Source: a virus. Taken from it: a stretch of 64,000 bases of DNA. The notes below the pieces were generated by a model. The model was not told where the DNA came from, searched no databases, and saw only the letters and a list, made by a program, of their open reading frames with translations. The first letter of the stretch is position 1, and each line of letters begins with the position of its first letter. Below are positions 12,001 to 21,622 of the stretch, piece after piece. The position numbers and the translations under genes were made by a program. The stretch is from IMG/VR virus record IMGVR_UViG_3300032050_000093, positions 6,966 to 70,965 of that record, one strand, 5' to 3'.

Positions 12001-12721
12001 GTCCTTCAAATTCTGTTTTTTGTTTTTCTTCTTTTACTCTTCTATTTCTTATACGATCATCTATTGTACTACTATTATCACAACCAGAACCTTTTGTACA
12101 AAAACCGCCAGCATATTGCATTTTTATAAGTCCACCATATTGTCTATCTCCCATAGAATAACTTCCAGATATTTTAATCTTTGTGCCTTTACCATCTCTA
12201 CGAGTATTTCCTTCCCAACCTGCATTTAACGTAGTACTTTTTCCATATCGAGGATTATTATCATCCATCATCATTGATCTTTGAGATTGACCTTCATTAG
12301 TATGTTGAATTCCAAAATTATATTTACCTCCTCTTCTTGTCCCTAATGTTGCACCTATGTTATAACCAAATGCTTTATTACCAAAATCATAATTTCCACT
12401 TAAATCAAAAGAATTACGCTGACCTTCTAATCCAAAATTTCCTTTAAATATTCCTTGTCTTAAATATGGATTATTTCTATCAAATAAACCTAACTGAGAT
12501 GGATTATATAAAGTTGGTTTAAAATTTGACATTTGAGGAGAATCAAACTCTTCTCCAAAACCATTTAATCCTTCTTGTGCTTTACGCAAAGAATTTTGTT
12601 TTTTCTGAACTAACTTTTTAGCTTCAGGATACATACCAAAGAATGCAGCTTCAGTTGGAAATAACTTATAGAAATCTTTTTCGTTATCTACGCCAGCCAT
12701 TTTTAAAAATTCTTTTCTCAT
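9062..12721 (-). CDS. Modular cargo protein with zincin-like HExxH module
   Basis: 1219 aa. RHEIQH motif. Modules separated by AQEG/QYGG/FQEGG/QFGGG/KYGGG/AQFG. Confidence 0.5.
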   Translation of the reverse strand: MRKEFLKMAGVDNEKDFYKLFPTEAAFFGMYPEAKKLVQKKQNSLRKAQEGLNGFGEEFDSPQMSNFKPTLYNPSQLGLFDRNNPYLRQGIFKGNFGLEGQRNSFDLSGNYDFGNKAFGYNIGATLGTRRGGKYNFGIQHTNEGQSQRSMMMDDNNPRYGKSTTLNAGWEGNTRRDGKGTKIKISGSYSMGDRQYGGLIKMQYAGGFCTKGSGCDNSSTIDDRIRNRRVKEEKQKTEFEGLEEYLPSDFKDKNDIARFITAANKRYQTIKDPKNNAIRADGSYAGAKGSSENFYNLMRQLENSKIYDPNNLSKFQEWAQNQGNIKKRINTDYYKGFSIPTPAKEYSNDELMNIFKSYEVRNPQLPGGINYENFEKFPDEPKQVPQYFQEGGGNEPLPQHQKMYEEELAKKIKWYEGRANHENPEIANEAKIVLEQLKQYPKTLDIVKYTPYAELHQLGVLGRYNPSKNQLLLSDPNKPIFPENIPFLNRPYMNSLRNDPKTVNQMFEGRKLAEGNYVPRHEIQHYLDKPALDVISKHNKEIYKGYVSPGDYSKLYKQDYKPQSSRESLPSYYWATGSGGVKGQFGPVYSRLQNAEMKRSLDDARNLYGIDPSKDSTPEDWKNILEKSKQKLFDKKISEEERLQHMHILDMFRTEGNDPAKMSELNNLIVKKENKNLRTSQFGGGQELPQYQTKGQVNEQPWWMKRPSDISQRGNQNLNTEIATQRTKEKKAEASRNRYTIGEDKRTDAQKQKDVEEFQRRKKVQEDWYGKDFNTPQYIQDKNRARADHLLDLLEIGTGGAGLLEGALQLRKFIPRKKVVMELEPPSGKASWDDAIDEYYDDPNYSPDYTDDEFEQSMRTAFKQIEDDERKKRLSNQARNIISNTEFNPDLTPLDDFYTSSDWKTFANDPSMKDLMDVYGVDINNQEEVEKFRKMFKDNYNNMFMNEVNKNRFNTGDAYLHNIFYNKNKYGGGIDISKKHFFNRDNFGKLVVGATRPNLKKAQFGLGNLNPLLGLDWTKRWLKTAQEQQKNPPSAIRSVLDPTGYSNYGNLLTAIEEIPKSKGVLNTAKNVGLGALEFAASLPMIGGAVAPIKGIKALRKAPALEKALVKGHNALTKVQPIAGIDKRLYSPLYKTAASGVYGFASPVGRGTRFWKGVDGALGSTESTQENPQTISIKQPDGTVKKLRVDSEEYYNLIQSDAIDPNSFNTIDSSFSLRKKK

Positions 12722-12722
12722 A

Positions 12723-15700
12723 TTAGTTATATTTATTTAGCCAATTATTTGTTTCACCACCATTTTTCTTTATAGGTATCATTAAAGGAGCACCTGAAAA
12801 ACCTCTATTATAAGTATTATATTTAATCCATTGATTATAATCTAGAACACCATCTCTTGCTTTTGGTTTAGCTGAATAAGATCCCATATCTTGGTACGTG
12901 AAATTAAGATCTTCTGGTTTTATACCATACATCTTAATAATATCTTTACCAAGTTTTTTCATAGTATTGACAGATCCTGTAACAGTAACGCCTGTATCTT
13001 CTCCTGTTACTGGATCTTTAAATAAGTATGTTATGGTTCCACCTGAAAATCTTGAAAATGAATTTTTATCTTTATATGGAATATGTGTATGTATTATCTT
13101 ACCCTCATTGTCTCGTAATTTTGTAGGCACCCAATTACTCTTTGCAAAATATTTTGTAGATTCTCCTTTACCATCCCAATCAATATCAGAAAATTTATGA
13201 TAAGCATTTGAAGTAAAATCAGTTTGATATTCTTTTTTATCTTTTTCTGTTAAATTTTTATTTTTAACAAATCTAATTCTATATCGATTTGGGTCATCAC
13301 CTGATTGTTTATATAACATTCTATACCATTCTGGATCATCAAATCCTGTAGTTGAAATAGTTTTTCCTGGGGTGTTAGTTTTAAAATCATAAAATTTTAA
13401 TCCTTTACCTACTCTCCAAGTTTTTGGAGTAATTTTTTGACCTGGTAAAATATCAGAGTCTTTTAAAAAATGTGCAACAGCGTGTACATTATCAAATTTA
13501 GATTTAGCACCTGCATCTGTTACTTCTTTAACTTTATGACCAACAATATAATCAGCACCAACATCGTTATTAAAAACATGTATAAATTCTGCTAAACTAT
13601 CTTTTGGATTTGTTGAACTAACATCTCTAACAATTTTTGGTTTACCATTTTCATCTTTAAGAATAGTAAAACCATAAGGTAAAACATCTCTCTTTATTAC
13701 GTTATCTCCTTTTTTAACTTCTTGTTTTTGATGTTGTATTTTAGCTTTTCCAGTTATTGCTTCTTTACTTTCTGGTTGGATCATTTCAATATATCTTTCT
13801 ATTTGAGAAGGTATGCCTTCAGCTATTTCCAATGCTTCATTATATTTATCTGAAACATCTTTTGTAAAAGTATTATACTTATTTGATATATTTTTTGTAA
13901 AAGTGTTGTAGCTATCTTTTATTTTGTTTCCAAGAACATTTAACCCAGCATTTTGAATATTTATCTTTGGGGTTGGAGACAACCCAAATCCTATAGATCC
14001 ATTAGAAGATGGTTGAACACTGGTTTTTTTAGAAGTAGTGTTTGTTTTAGCAGTATTTGGAGTAGTTGTTTTAGAAGGTCTTACGCCACTAAACCCACTT
14101 GCTATTGTTATACCTCTTGCATCAAGAGGAGCTTCATTTATTGCAGTTCTAAATTTAGAATATAAATTACTAAAGTTAGAAGTTAAATTATCAAGAAATG
14201 AAGGACCTTCTTGTTTTTTAGTTATAGGTTGTTGCGTTACTTTTTTTGGTTTTTGCTTTAAAGAAAATGCTGTATCTTTTTGATTAAATGAACTTTCATC
14301 AATAGCCCCAGATTGAACTAAATCATAATATTCTTTACTATCAGATCTTAAATAAGAATATGTTCCATCATTATTTTTTATCTTGATTCTTTGAACACCA
14401 TCATTTTCTCCACCATTTTGAAATACTCCTCTCCTACTCATACCTGTACCATAAAACATATCATTATCTCTTCTCCAATTCATGTATTGATCTGCTAATT
14501 CAGGAGTAGGAAAATATTCTTCTCTACCCACTCCTTCTTCATCTGTATAACTCACCATATATTTATTATCTGGTCTAGCTATAGAATGTATATTAGGTGA
14601 TGATATTCTTGTATTAAAAGAAGGTGCTATGTCTCTTCTTTCATTACCTACCATTTTTAATTGTGGTTGTTCTTGAAATATATATGGTTGTACTGGTTTT
14701 TTATAGATAGGTAACTTCGGTCCATGAGCATGTTGTACATGCCCTATTGGTTCTATATTGGAAGCAACTCCTTTGTTATATTTTTTATGTAGTGCCTCCT
14801 TATTTTTTATGAACTGTTCAATTGGTATTTTATCAGCAGTTGACATTAGTTTTATAAAACTTTTAGCCCTATCATCATTATAAGAACTATCATTATAAGC
14901 TTTTAATCTTGGATCATTAGGATCATCTGTATATATAGGAGGTCTAGTAGTTTCTGCTGTTGTTGATCCACCTTCATCATATCTATTTAACCAACTAGTT
15001 TCTTCTAAATTAGGTATAGATATATCTCCACCATTTTTATAATATAAAATAGAGGATTTATTAACTCCAGATTTATATCTACTCAGATCTAAATGCTCTC
15101 GTCTATTAGGTTCACTTCCAAACATCCATTTATAATAGTTTTCATCATATAATGACATTGTTTGTTTAGAAGGTTGATATCCTCCATCTTTAGTCCAGTT
15201 GCCACCATAAAATCCATTTATTCCATGATATTTTGATTGATTACTAAATGTTGGATGATTTGGTTTTTTCCATGTATCTGTACCATGCCCATCTGAATCT
15301 CTACGTTTCCAATCTCCTGATTTCCAAAAACCTTGTACATCATAAGCTCCTTTATCCATTAATATATTTCTTCCTTGCTTAGATGATTCTTCTTTAACCC
15401 ATTTATTAAATTTATTTGTTTCTTCTTTTGTTAATGGAGTATTATATAAATGTTCAAAGATCATTTCAGGATCTTCTTTTCTTAAAAAATTTAAACCATT
15501 TTGAGCTTTTATTAATTGTTTTTTAGGATTATAAGCAATTTCATTCATTATTTCAGCTAACTCTTTTGGAGAATAATAATTTTTTAAATCATAATCACTA
15601 TCATTATTATAATCCTCTAACATTTCTGGTGTAACTTTTCTACCTGGTCTTAACTTCATTTGATATCTAAGATCCATTATTCTAGGATATATTTCATCAG

Positions 15701-16568
15701 GATTCTTATGAAAATATTCTTTCTCTTTAAATTTAGGACTATTAGGTGTTTTTGTTTTAAAATAATTAATATAATACTCATCTAAAGGTGTGGCATGACT
15801 AATTTCATGAACTGCGGTTTGTTTTCTTTGTTTTTCATTACGATCCCATCTTTCATTTAAAGCTATGATTGAATCTTTAGGAACATGAAATCCTGCTGTA
15901 GTTTTTTTTAGGTTTTCATAAGAAATATCTGTACCATCATTTAAAGTTTTTAGAAAATCCCATTTTTTCTTAAAATTATCTTTCCAAATATCTTCAGCAA
16001 TTTTTTCATTCTTATCTTGTTCATGAGTTCTCCAATCCCAATAATTTTTAAACAACTTTTGATTTAATGCTTCTGTCATTGGTTTATCAAAAAATTTTTG
16101 ATTTTTTAATTTTGCTTTAGTTATTGGATTATTATACCAATTCATCATAAATTCGTAAGGAGACCCCCATGTTTCATCTTTTCTAAGTTGCAAATACTTT
16201 TTAATATCTAAATCATTTGCTGGTCCAATAGGAATTGGAACAAGTGGTTTTTTTACATATGTGTTATCTATTCCCAAACCATTTTGAGCCTTTACTAAAG
16301 GATACTCATCTACATATTCTGAACCAGGAAAAGAATAGTCTTGTCCTGGGTACATCATTTGTTCTTGACCACTACTACCTACACCTTTTACAGGATAGGG
16401 AACACCCTGCATTGTTATTCTATTAGAAGGAATACGCGTCACTTGTCCTGGAAATTTCCATTGACCCATAGGATCTAATATCTTATCTTTTCCAAAAGGA
16501 TTTGGAGAAGTCTTTTTTTGTTTAGACTCCTCCACCATTTGTTTAAATAGTTTTTTATTATAACTCAT
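12723..16568 (-). CDS. Modular cargo protein with zincin-like metallopeptidase module
   Basis: 1281 aa. TAVHEISH...EIYPR zincin-like signature. Motifs AQNG x2, KNGG x2, DEGG, FQNGG. Start overlaps the muzzle gene stop (ATGA). Confidence 0.55.
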   Translation of the reverse strand: MSYNKKLFKQMVEESKQKKTSPNPFGKDKILDPMGQWKFPGQVTRIPSNRITMQGVPYPVKGVGSSGQEQMMYPGQDYSFPGSEYVDEYPLVKAQNGLGIDNTYVKKPLVPIPIGPANDLDIKKYLQLRKDETWGSPYEFMMNWYNNPITKAKLKNQKFFDKPMTEALNQKLFKNYWDWRTHEQDKNEKIAEDIWKDNFKKKWDFLKTLNDGTDISYENLKKTTAGFHVPKDSIIALNERWDRNEKQRKQTAVHEISHATPLDEYYINYFKTKTPNSPKFKEKEYFHKNPDEIYPRIMDLRYQMKLRPGRKVTPEMLEDYNNDSDYDLKNYYSPKELAEIMNEIAYNPKKQLIKAQNGLNFLRKEDPEMIFEHLYNTPLTKEETNKFNKWVKEESSKQGRNILMDKGAYDVQGFWKSGDWKRRDSDGHGTDTWKKPNHPTFSNQSKYHGINGFYGGNWTKDGGYQPSKQTMSLYDENYYKWMFGSEPNRREHLDLSRYKSGVNKSSILYYKNGGDISIPNLEETSWLNRYDEGGSTTAETTRPPIYTDDPNDPRLKAYNDSSYNDDRAKSFIKLMSTADKIPIEQFIKNKEALHKKYNKGVASNIEPIGHVQHAHGPKLPIYKKPVQPYIFQEQPQLKMVGNERRDIAPSFNTRISSPNIHSIARPDNKYMVSYTDEEGVGREEYFPTPELADQYMNWRRDNDMFYGTGMSRRGVFQNGGENDGVQRIKIKNNDGTYSYLRSDSKEYYDLVQSGAIDESSFNQKDTAFSLKQKPKKVTQQPITKKQEGPSFLDNLTSNFSNLYSKFRTAINEAPLDARGITIASGFSGVRPSKTTTPNTAKTNTTSKKTSVQPSSNGSIGFGLSPTPKINIQNAGLNVLGNKIKDSYNTFTKNISNKYNTFTKDVSDKYNEALEIAEGIPSQIERYIEMIQPESKEAITGKAKIQHQKQEVKKGDNVIKRDVLPYGFTILKDENGKPKIVRDVSSTNPKDSLAEFIHVFNNDVGADYIVGHKVKEVTDAGAKSKFDNVHAVAHFLKDSDILPGQKITPKTWRVGKGLKFYDFKTNTPGKTISTTGFDDPEWYRMLYKQSGDDPNRYRIRFVKNKNLTEKDKKEYQTDFTSNAYHKFSDIDWDGKGESTKYFAKSNWVPTKLRDNEGKIIHTHIPYKDKNSFSRFSGGTITYLFKDPVTGEDTGVTVTGSVNTMKKLGKDIIKMYGIKPEDLNFTYQDMGSYSAKPKARDGVLDYNQWIKYNTYNRGFSGAPLMIPIKKNGGETNNWLNKYN

Positions 16569-19500
16569 CGAGGACTATTTAAATGTTTCTGATTAGATAT
16601 TTTAAATAACATATTATTACTACCACTAACTGTTTTTCTCAAGAATACACGATTAACATTATGTCTAAACTTCTTTCTTTCTAAAATAGGTTTATTATAA
16701 TTTACATATGCTGGATTTATATTATATTCATATCCATTTAAATCCGTAATAAACATTGGAACATTAATATTATTAAACTCACCTCTATCTTTGGTAATAT
16801 CCCAGAATTGATTAAATCTATATTTATTTTCTTCTTTAGAATAAAATATATCAATGGATGATGCGTTGATTGTAGGTTGCTTAATTACGTCTAAAGGATT
16901 TGTCTTAGATTTAACTTTTAACTTTAACACTCCAGATATTTGTTCTGAATTGTAAATTATAGCTTCGTCAAAGTTTTCATCTAATACATGAAACTTATCA
17001 TAACAGTTATTATGATATTTATAAGTTTCTAATAAATATTCTATATTTCTTAAAGAATTTACAGTTTGTCCTGTAGCAGATACAAATTCAATTTCAAAAG
17101 GATAATCTGTATTATAAAAATTACAATAACTATCACATCTAATATTGTGTTTCCAAATACTATCACCTTTGATTGTTGAAAAATGTAATCTACTTGGAAT
17201 ATAAAAACTTGGTATCCAATCGTGAAAACTCACCCATTGTTTACTTTTTGGATCATAACTTGCAGTCCAGTTTATAGGTTCAAAATGTTGAGTGTCTGTT
17301 AATTGAATTACAGAGTTATTAAAATAAAACTTATCCTCATCTCTATCGTATTTATATGTACCAGCACTTGGGTTTTTTAATTTATAATCTTTTTTACTAA
17401 CATAGAATAATTCAAATGTGTTATCATAAGATGTAATTACACCTATTCCAACTACAGGATTATCATAATGTTTATATTCAGGAAATGAGCTTAATAGTTG
17501 AGATGGTAAGTTTTTAGAAAACCACATTTTCAATCCACTAGCTCTTGTTATTTCATCAATTCCTTGAGAATACAAAAATATTTTACCTTGATTTTGACTC
17601 ACCCAGAATACGCCATGTAATGAACTTATAACAGAAAGTCTATTTTGACATGATCCATACTCCAACGCATCTTCCGTTCTTAAAACATTTTGCAATGTAT
17701 TTTTAAATAAATCACCTGTACCAACTGTAATAACAGTTCCTGTATCAGTCATATTAAGTTGCTCTTGTCCTGTAAACATTACAGGACTTTGACCATTCAT
17801 TAAAAACAAGACACCTGTTTTATTTATAGGTTTTAAAGAAGCAATTGTAGTTTCAAAATCTTTATTATTATTTGGTAAATATATTCTCCAACCATCTTGT
17901 TTTTTTCTATCTATTGATGGGGCATCTTCATCTGATGGAAAAGAATATATTAATCTATTAGGTGTATATTTAAAACAACTCGCAGCATCTTGAGGATCGT
18001 ATGATCTATCAAACATATTTCCCCAGGTTACACTACTACCAGGAAGTTTAGAAATACTTAATGAATAATCATATTTATAATAGTTAGCATTTTTAATAAG
18101 ATCACTTCTAAACATTGTTACAATATCCGTATATCCATATGGATCATAATGCCTTTTTCCAAATTCATCTTCCCAATCTCTAAGGGCGCAGTTTACTTCT
18201 GATTCTACAAAAAAATCTCTTACACCTGAATTAAATAAATAAAAAAATCCTCTCTTTACAAAAAAGAAACCCCCACCTCCTGTAAGTGCTGCAGAAGCAT
18301 CAGCATTATCATTACAATCTAATACTCTATAATCACTTGGAGATTTAGTAAGACCAAAAAATCCAAAATTCTTTTTCATTTCATTATTTACCCAAAATCT
18401 TGGCCATGGAATATTTACATAACTGGTATAATCAATTTTTGTATCATCAGGTTCGCCAAATAACCACCAATCAAAAAACATCATTGAATTTTTTTCTGTA
18501 AATCTTGTTATATAACAATCACCTCCAAATAAAATTGGACTTGTGATTGATGTAGAAGTAGGAGATATTACAGTTAAACAATTAGATGTAATTGGAATTT
18601 GCTTAATTGACCAAAGTTGGCCATATTGATTTGGTATTGGAATTTTTAAAGCACCATAATAAGAAGCTATAGTTCTACCAACGGTTGTATTTGGATCAGG
18701 GCAACCACAATTTCCTGCAACAACTTTACTATCATCTGTTGTAGTTGTCCCATTTAATTGTTTATTTAATTTTAATGCTACAAACTGACTTCTATTAATA
18801 TTATTAACTTGATATGAAGGTGTAAACTGTTGTATATGAGGAAATATATAATTTGCTTCGTCAATTCTTCTTCGTGTCTGATTTGCTTGCAATCCTTTTT
18901 GTGCACCATTATAAAATCCATAAGATATATACTGACGAGCATATTGAACTTCTGGAATCAAATACATGATAACATCCATTAATTTTTCTGCTCTAGCATC
19001 TGCTAGTTGAAGTTGAAGTGTTGTTATTGCAACAACTTGTCCAATATATGCTGCCATTAAAACACCATATTGAAGGAGACTCCAAGCTTGCGAAGCTAAC
19101 ATATTAATAGAACCTGAAGCTTCACCACCTGCAGCTCCAGCCGATGGCATATCGGGTTTTTCCATACCACCATATGAAAAAACTATAGGTAATCCTTCTG
19201 TTCCTGAAAAATCAATAACTGGTGCTTTTGATGCACCACCAAATGCTCCACCGATTGCTTGACCTACTGTGGTAACACTATCAACTAATTGAACAATTCC
19301 AACAAGTACTCCTGTAAAATCACTTGATATTTTAAATCTTGGATGTTTTAATGGAATAACATATCTTCCAAATGATGTTCCTGTATATTCTGTATATAGT
19401 TTTAGTTGATTACTTGAAAGATATGGATTACTAAATGTAACATCTGGACCATGAAAAGAAAAAAAATCTTTTTTAACTCCAGTCATAGATGATGGTGCAG

Positions 19501-21268
19501 TAACTCCTCCATTATTAGGTCCTTGTGAAGATGCTGTTAAATATTCATCTGGTCTATTGTCATTATATGGATAGTTTTGAAATAATCCTTTTACTGTACT
19601 ACCTGGTATGTTATATTCAAACATGTTGTTTATAATACCCTTACCCAGAATTGTTTTATTACCTTCGCGAGAACCTCTTAGTATTTCATATCCTACAATT
19701 GATTGAACAGGTTGTCCATTTTCATCTAAAGGTGGTGTTATGCCTTCAAATTTTACACCTAATAAAACAATTTTAGTACCTCCATTTCTATGTGTAGCTA
19801 ATAATGGATCTACAGTTTCATCGGGCATTTTATGGTGTCTAATTTTTTGACCACACAAATTACCCCACACTGTATTATTATTATCAGGATAAAACTCTGT
19901 TTCAGATTCCCAATAACCCATTAATCCTTCAGCAATTGGAATACCACCATCTGGTAATGCTGGTATAGAAAGTGGAGAAGCAGTAGGTGCTGTATTAAAT
20001 ACCTGCCACTTTTTCATTTGTGTTGTTTCAAAAACATCATCTCCAGAAACAGGAGTTAAATCTCCAGCATTTGAAGCACGTCCAGGTATGTGATAAGATT
20101 CAGTTCTTTCTCCCGTATTGTGTATAAATCTAATAAAAAATGCATATTGTTCATCACGCATATATCCTGCATTATTACCTCCTTTTACATAATAATCTTC
20201 AGGATATTCAACAGCCACCCATTTAGCTACTATATTATTTGCTTGTGGCTGATAATTAAATTTATATTTAGAATATGTACCACATCTTAATAAGTAGTTA
20301 TTTAATTGAAAAGTAAAATCTGTTTTTTCAATAGGTTCATTTCTAACAGGTAGTAATTCTAAGGGTATAGTGGTAAACTCAGGATCCCATCTATCTAAGT
20401 AAATTATTCCCTGAGATGTAGAATAATATCCTATACGTTTAGCGTATGTTTTTAAATTTATTGTTGCAAGTACAACAAGTTCAAATTCTTCAAATATGTT
20501 TTTATCTATTTGATTAATTTTGATTTCTATTGAAGATGCGTTACCTTGATGATTAAACAAAGGTTGCACTTCAGTTAAACCAAGATAGTCTGTAACTTTA
20601 ACTTGATTTATAGTGTAAGCTAAACACACTTGATATGATCCATTAGGTAATGATCCTGCAATTTTTCCTTTTTCAACAGCTATACATGGGGTAACAATTG
20701 CTGGAGCAATTTTAATTTTTTCACAATTTAAATCATCAATAATTGGAGTACAAATATTACACCCATTTACTACATTACAATTTTCTTTCCATGGAACTTC
20801 CGTTATATTTAAATATCTAGAAGGATTTAAACCATCATCCCAATATATAACATCTTCACAATCATACCTTTGTTTATAAGCACCAGTAATTAAATTTGTT
20901 CTTTTAAAATTTAAACACTTGCTTCTAACAACTTTTTTATAACTACACTCTGATTGATCAAACACCCCGATTTCTGAATCAACATCATCAGTGGTAAAAA
21001 TTGCCCATTTATCATCGTATAAATAAATAGCACCAATAACCGTAAATGGAAATTTATAACAAAATAAATTAGAAGGTTCGTTGCCAATAACTCCTATTTG
21101 ACCATCGTGTGTGTTATTAATAGCATTACGAGCGTGAGTATATAATCCTTCTCCAACAAATGTTTCATTAAAATCTTTTACCAATCCTTTTTGAAAAGTA
21201 TTAGTTTTAATTCCACTGCTGTTTGAATTTAGATTAGCAGAACTTTTATTATCTTGTTCTTCAGCCAT
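16565..21268 (-). CDS. Tail muzzle / tail stabilization protein (P22 gp10-like, crAss muzzle protein)
   Basis: 1567 aa, beta-rich. N-terminal ARNA..IGNEPSN, GYMRDEQYAFFI, IRHHKMPD and C-terminal WVSFHDW match the crAss-like muzzle protein. Located between ring genes and cargo genes. Confidence 0.8.
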   Translation of the reverse strand: MAEEQDNKSSANLNSNSSGIKTNTFQKGLVKDFNETFVGEGLYTHARNAINNTHDGQIGVIGNEPSNLFCYKFPFTVIGAIYLYDDKWAIFTTDDVDSEIGVFDQSECSYKKVVRSKCLNFKRTNLITGAYKQRYDCEDVIYWDDGLNPSRYLNITEVPWKENCNVVNGCNICTPIIDDLNCEKIKIAPAIVTPCIAVEKGKIAGSLPNGSYQVCLAYTINQVKVTDYLGLTEVQPLFNHQGNASSIEIKINQIDKNIFEEFELVVLATINLKTYAKRIGYYSTSQGIIYLDRWDPEFTTIPLELLPVRNEPIEKTDFTFQLNNYLLRCGTYSKYKFNYQPQANNIVAKWVAVEYPEDYYVKGGNNAGYMRDEQYAFFIRFIHNTGERTESYHIPGRASNAGDLTPVSGDDVFETTQMKKWQVFNTAPTASPLSIPALPDGGIPIAEGLMGYWESETEFYPDNNNTVWGNLCGQKIRHHKMPDETVDPLLATHRNGGTKIVLLGVKFEGITPPLDENGQPVQSIVGYEILRGSREGNKTILGKGIINNMFEYNIPGSTVKGLFQNYPYNDNRPDEYLTASSQGPNNGGVTAPSSMTGVKKDFFSFHGPDVTFSNPYLSSNQLKLYTEYTGTSFGRYVIPLKHPRFKISSDFTGVLVGIVQLVDSVTTVGQAIGGAFGGASKAPVIDFSGTEGLPIVFSYGGMEKPDMPSAGAAGGEASGSINMLASQAWSLLQYGVLMAAYIGQVVAITTLQLQLADARAEKLMDVIMYLIPEVQYARQYISYGFYNGAQKGLQANQTRRRIDEANYIFPHIQQFTPSYQVNNINRSQFVALKLNKQLNGTTTTDDSKVVAGNCGCPDPNTTVGRTIASYYGALKIPIPNQYGQLWSIKQIPITSNCLTVISPTSTSITSPILFGGDCYITRFTEKNSMMFFDWWLFGEPDDTKIDYTSYVNIPWPRFWVNNEMKKNFGFFGLTKSPSDYRVLDCNDNADASAALTGGGGFFFVKRGFFYLFNSGVRDFFVESEVNCALRDWEDEFGKRHYDPYGYTDIVTMFRSDLIKNANYYKYDYSLSISKLPGSSVTWGNMFDRSYDPQDAASCFKYTPNRLIYSFPSDEDAPSIDRKKQDGWRIYLPNNNKDFETTIASLKPINKTGVLFLMNGQSPVMFTGQEQLNMTDTGTVITVGTGDLFKNTLQNVLRTEDALEYGSCQNRLSVISSLHGVFWVSQNQGKIFLYSQGIDEITRASGLKMWFSKNLPSQLLSSFPEYKHYDNPVVGIGVITSYDNTFELFYVSKKDYKLKNPSAGTYKYDRDEDKFYFNNSVIQLTDTQHFEPINWTASYDPKSKQWVSFHDWIPSFYIPSRLHFSTIKGDSIWKHNIRCDSYCNFYNTDYPFEIEFVSATGQTVNSLRNIEYLLETYKYHNNCYDKFHVLDENFDEAIIYNSEQISGVLKLKVKSKTNPLDVIKQPTINASSIDIFYSKEENKYRFNQFWDITKDRGEFNNINVPMFITDLNGYEYNINPAYVNYNKPILERKKFRHNVNRVFLRKTVSGSNNMLFKISNQKHLNSPR

Positions 21269-21620
21269 TTACAATTTCAATTTTTTTATTTTTAAGGAAT
21301 TTGTATATATCTCCTGTAATATGACCAATTAACCATGCTTGAGCTTCTTCGTCATTAATGTCTCTATCTTCTGTTATTTTCATAACTGCATGAAATACTT
21401 CATGAGCTATTGTATTATGAGTGAGATATTTAATATCTATAAAGAGCATGTATTTATCAATATCTGGTGTAAATAAAACTCCTTCTGCACTTTCTTCAAA
21501 TGTTTCATCTACTTTATATTTTTTATACACCTTATTTATTTCAGCATTTAACTGATCTAAAACATAAAATTGAAGCTCGCAATTATATGTTGGTAGCTTA
21601 ATCTTTAATGTTTGTTTCAT
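21261..21620 (-). CDS. Small HExxH (zincin-like) protein
   Basis: TIAHEVFHA...DEEAQAWL motif, 119 aa. Confidence 0.6.
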   Translation of the reverse strand: MKQTLKIKLPTYNCELQFYVLDQLNAEINKVYKKYKVDETFEESAEGVLFTPDIDKYMLFIDIKYLTHNTIAHEVFHAVMKITEDRDINDEEAQAWLIGHITGDIYKFLKNKKIEIVNG

Positions 21621-21622
21621 AA

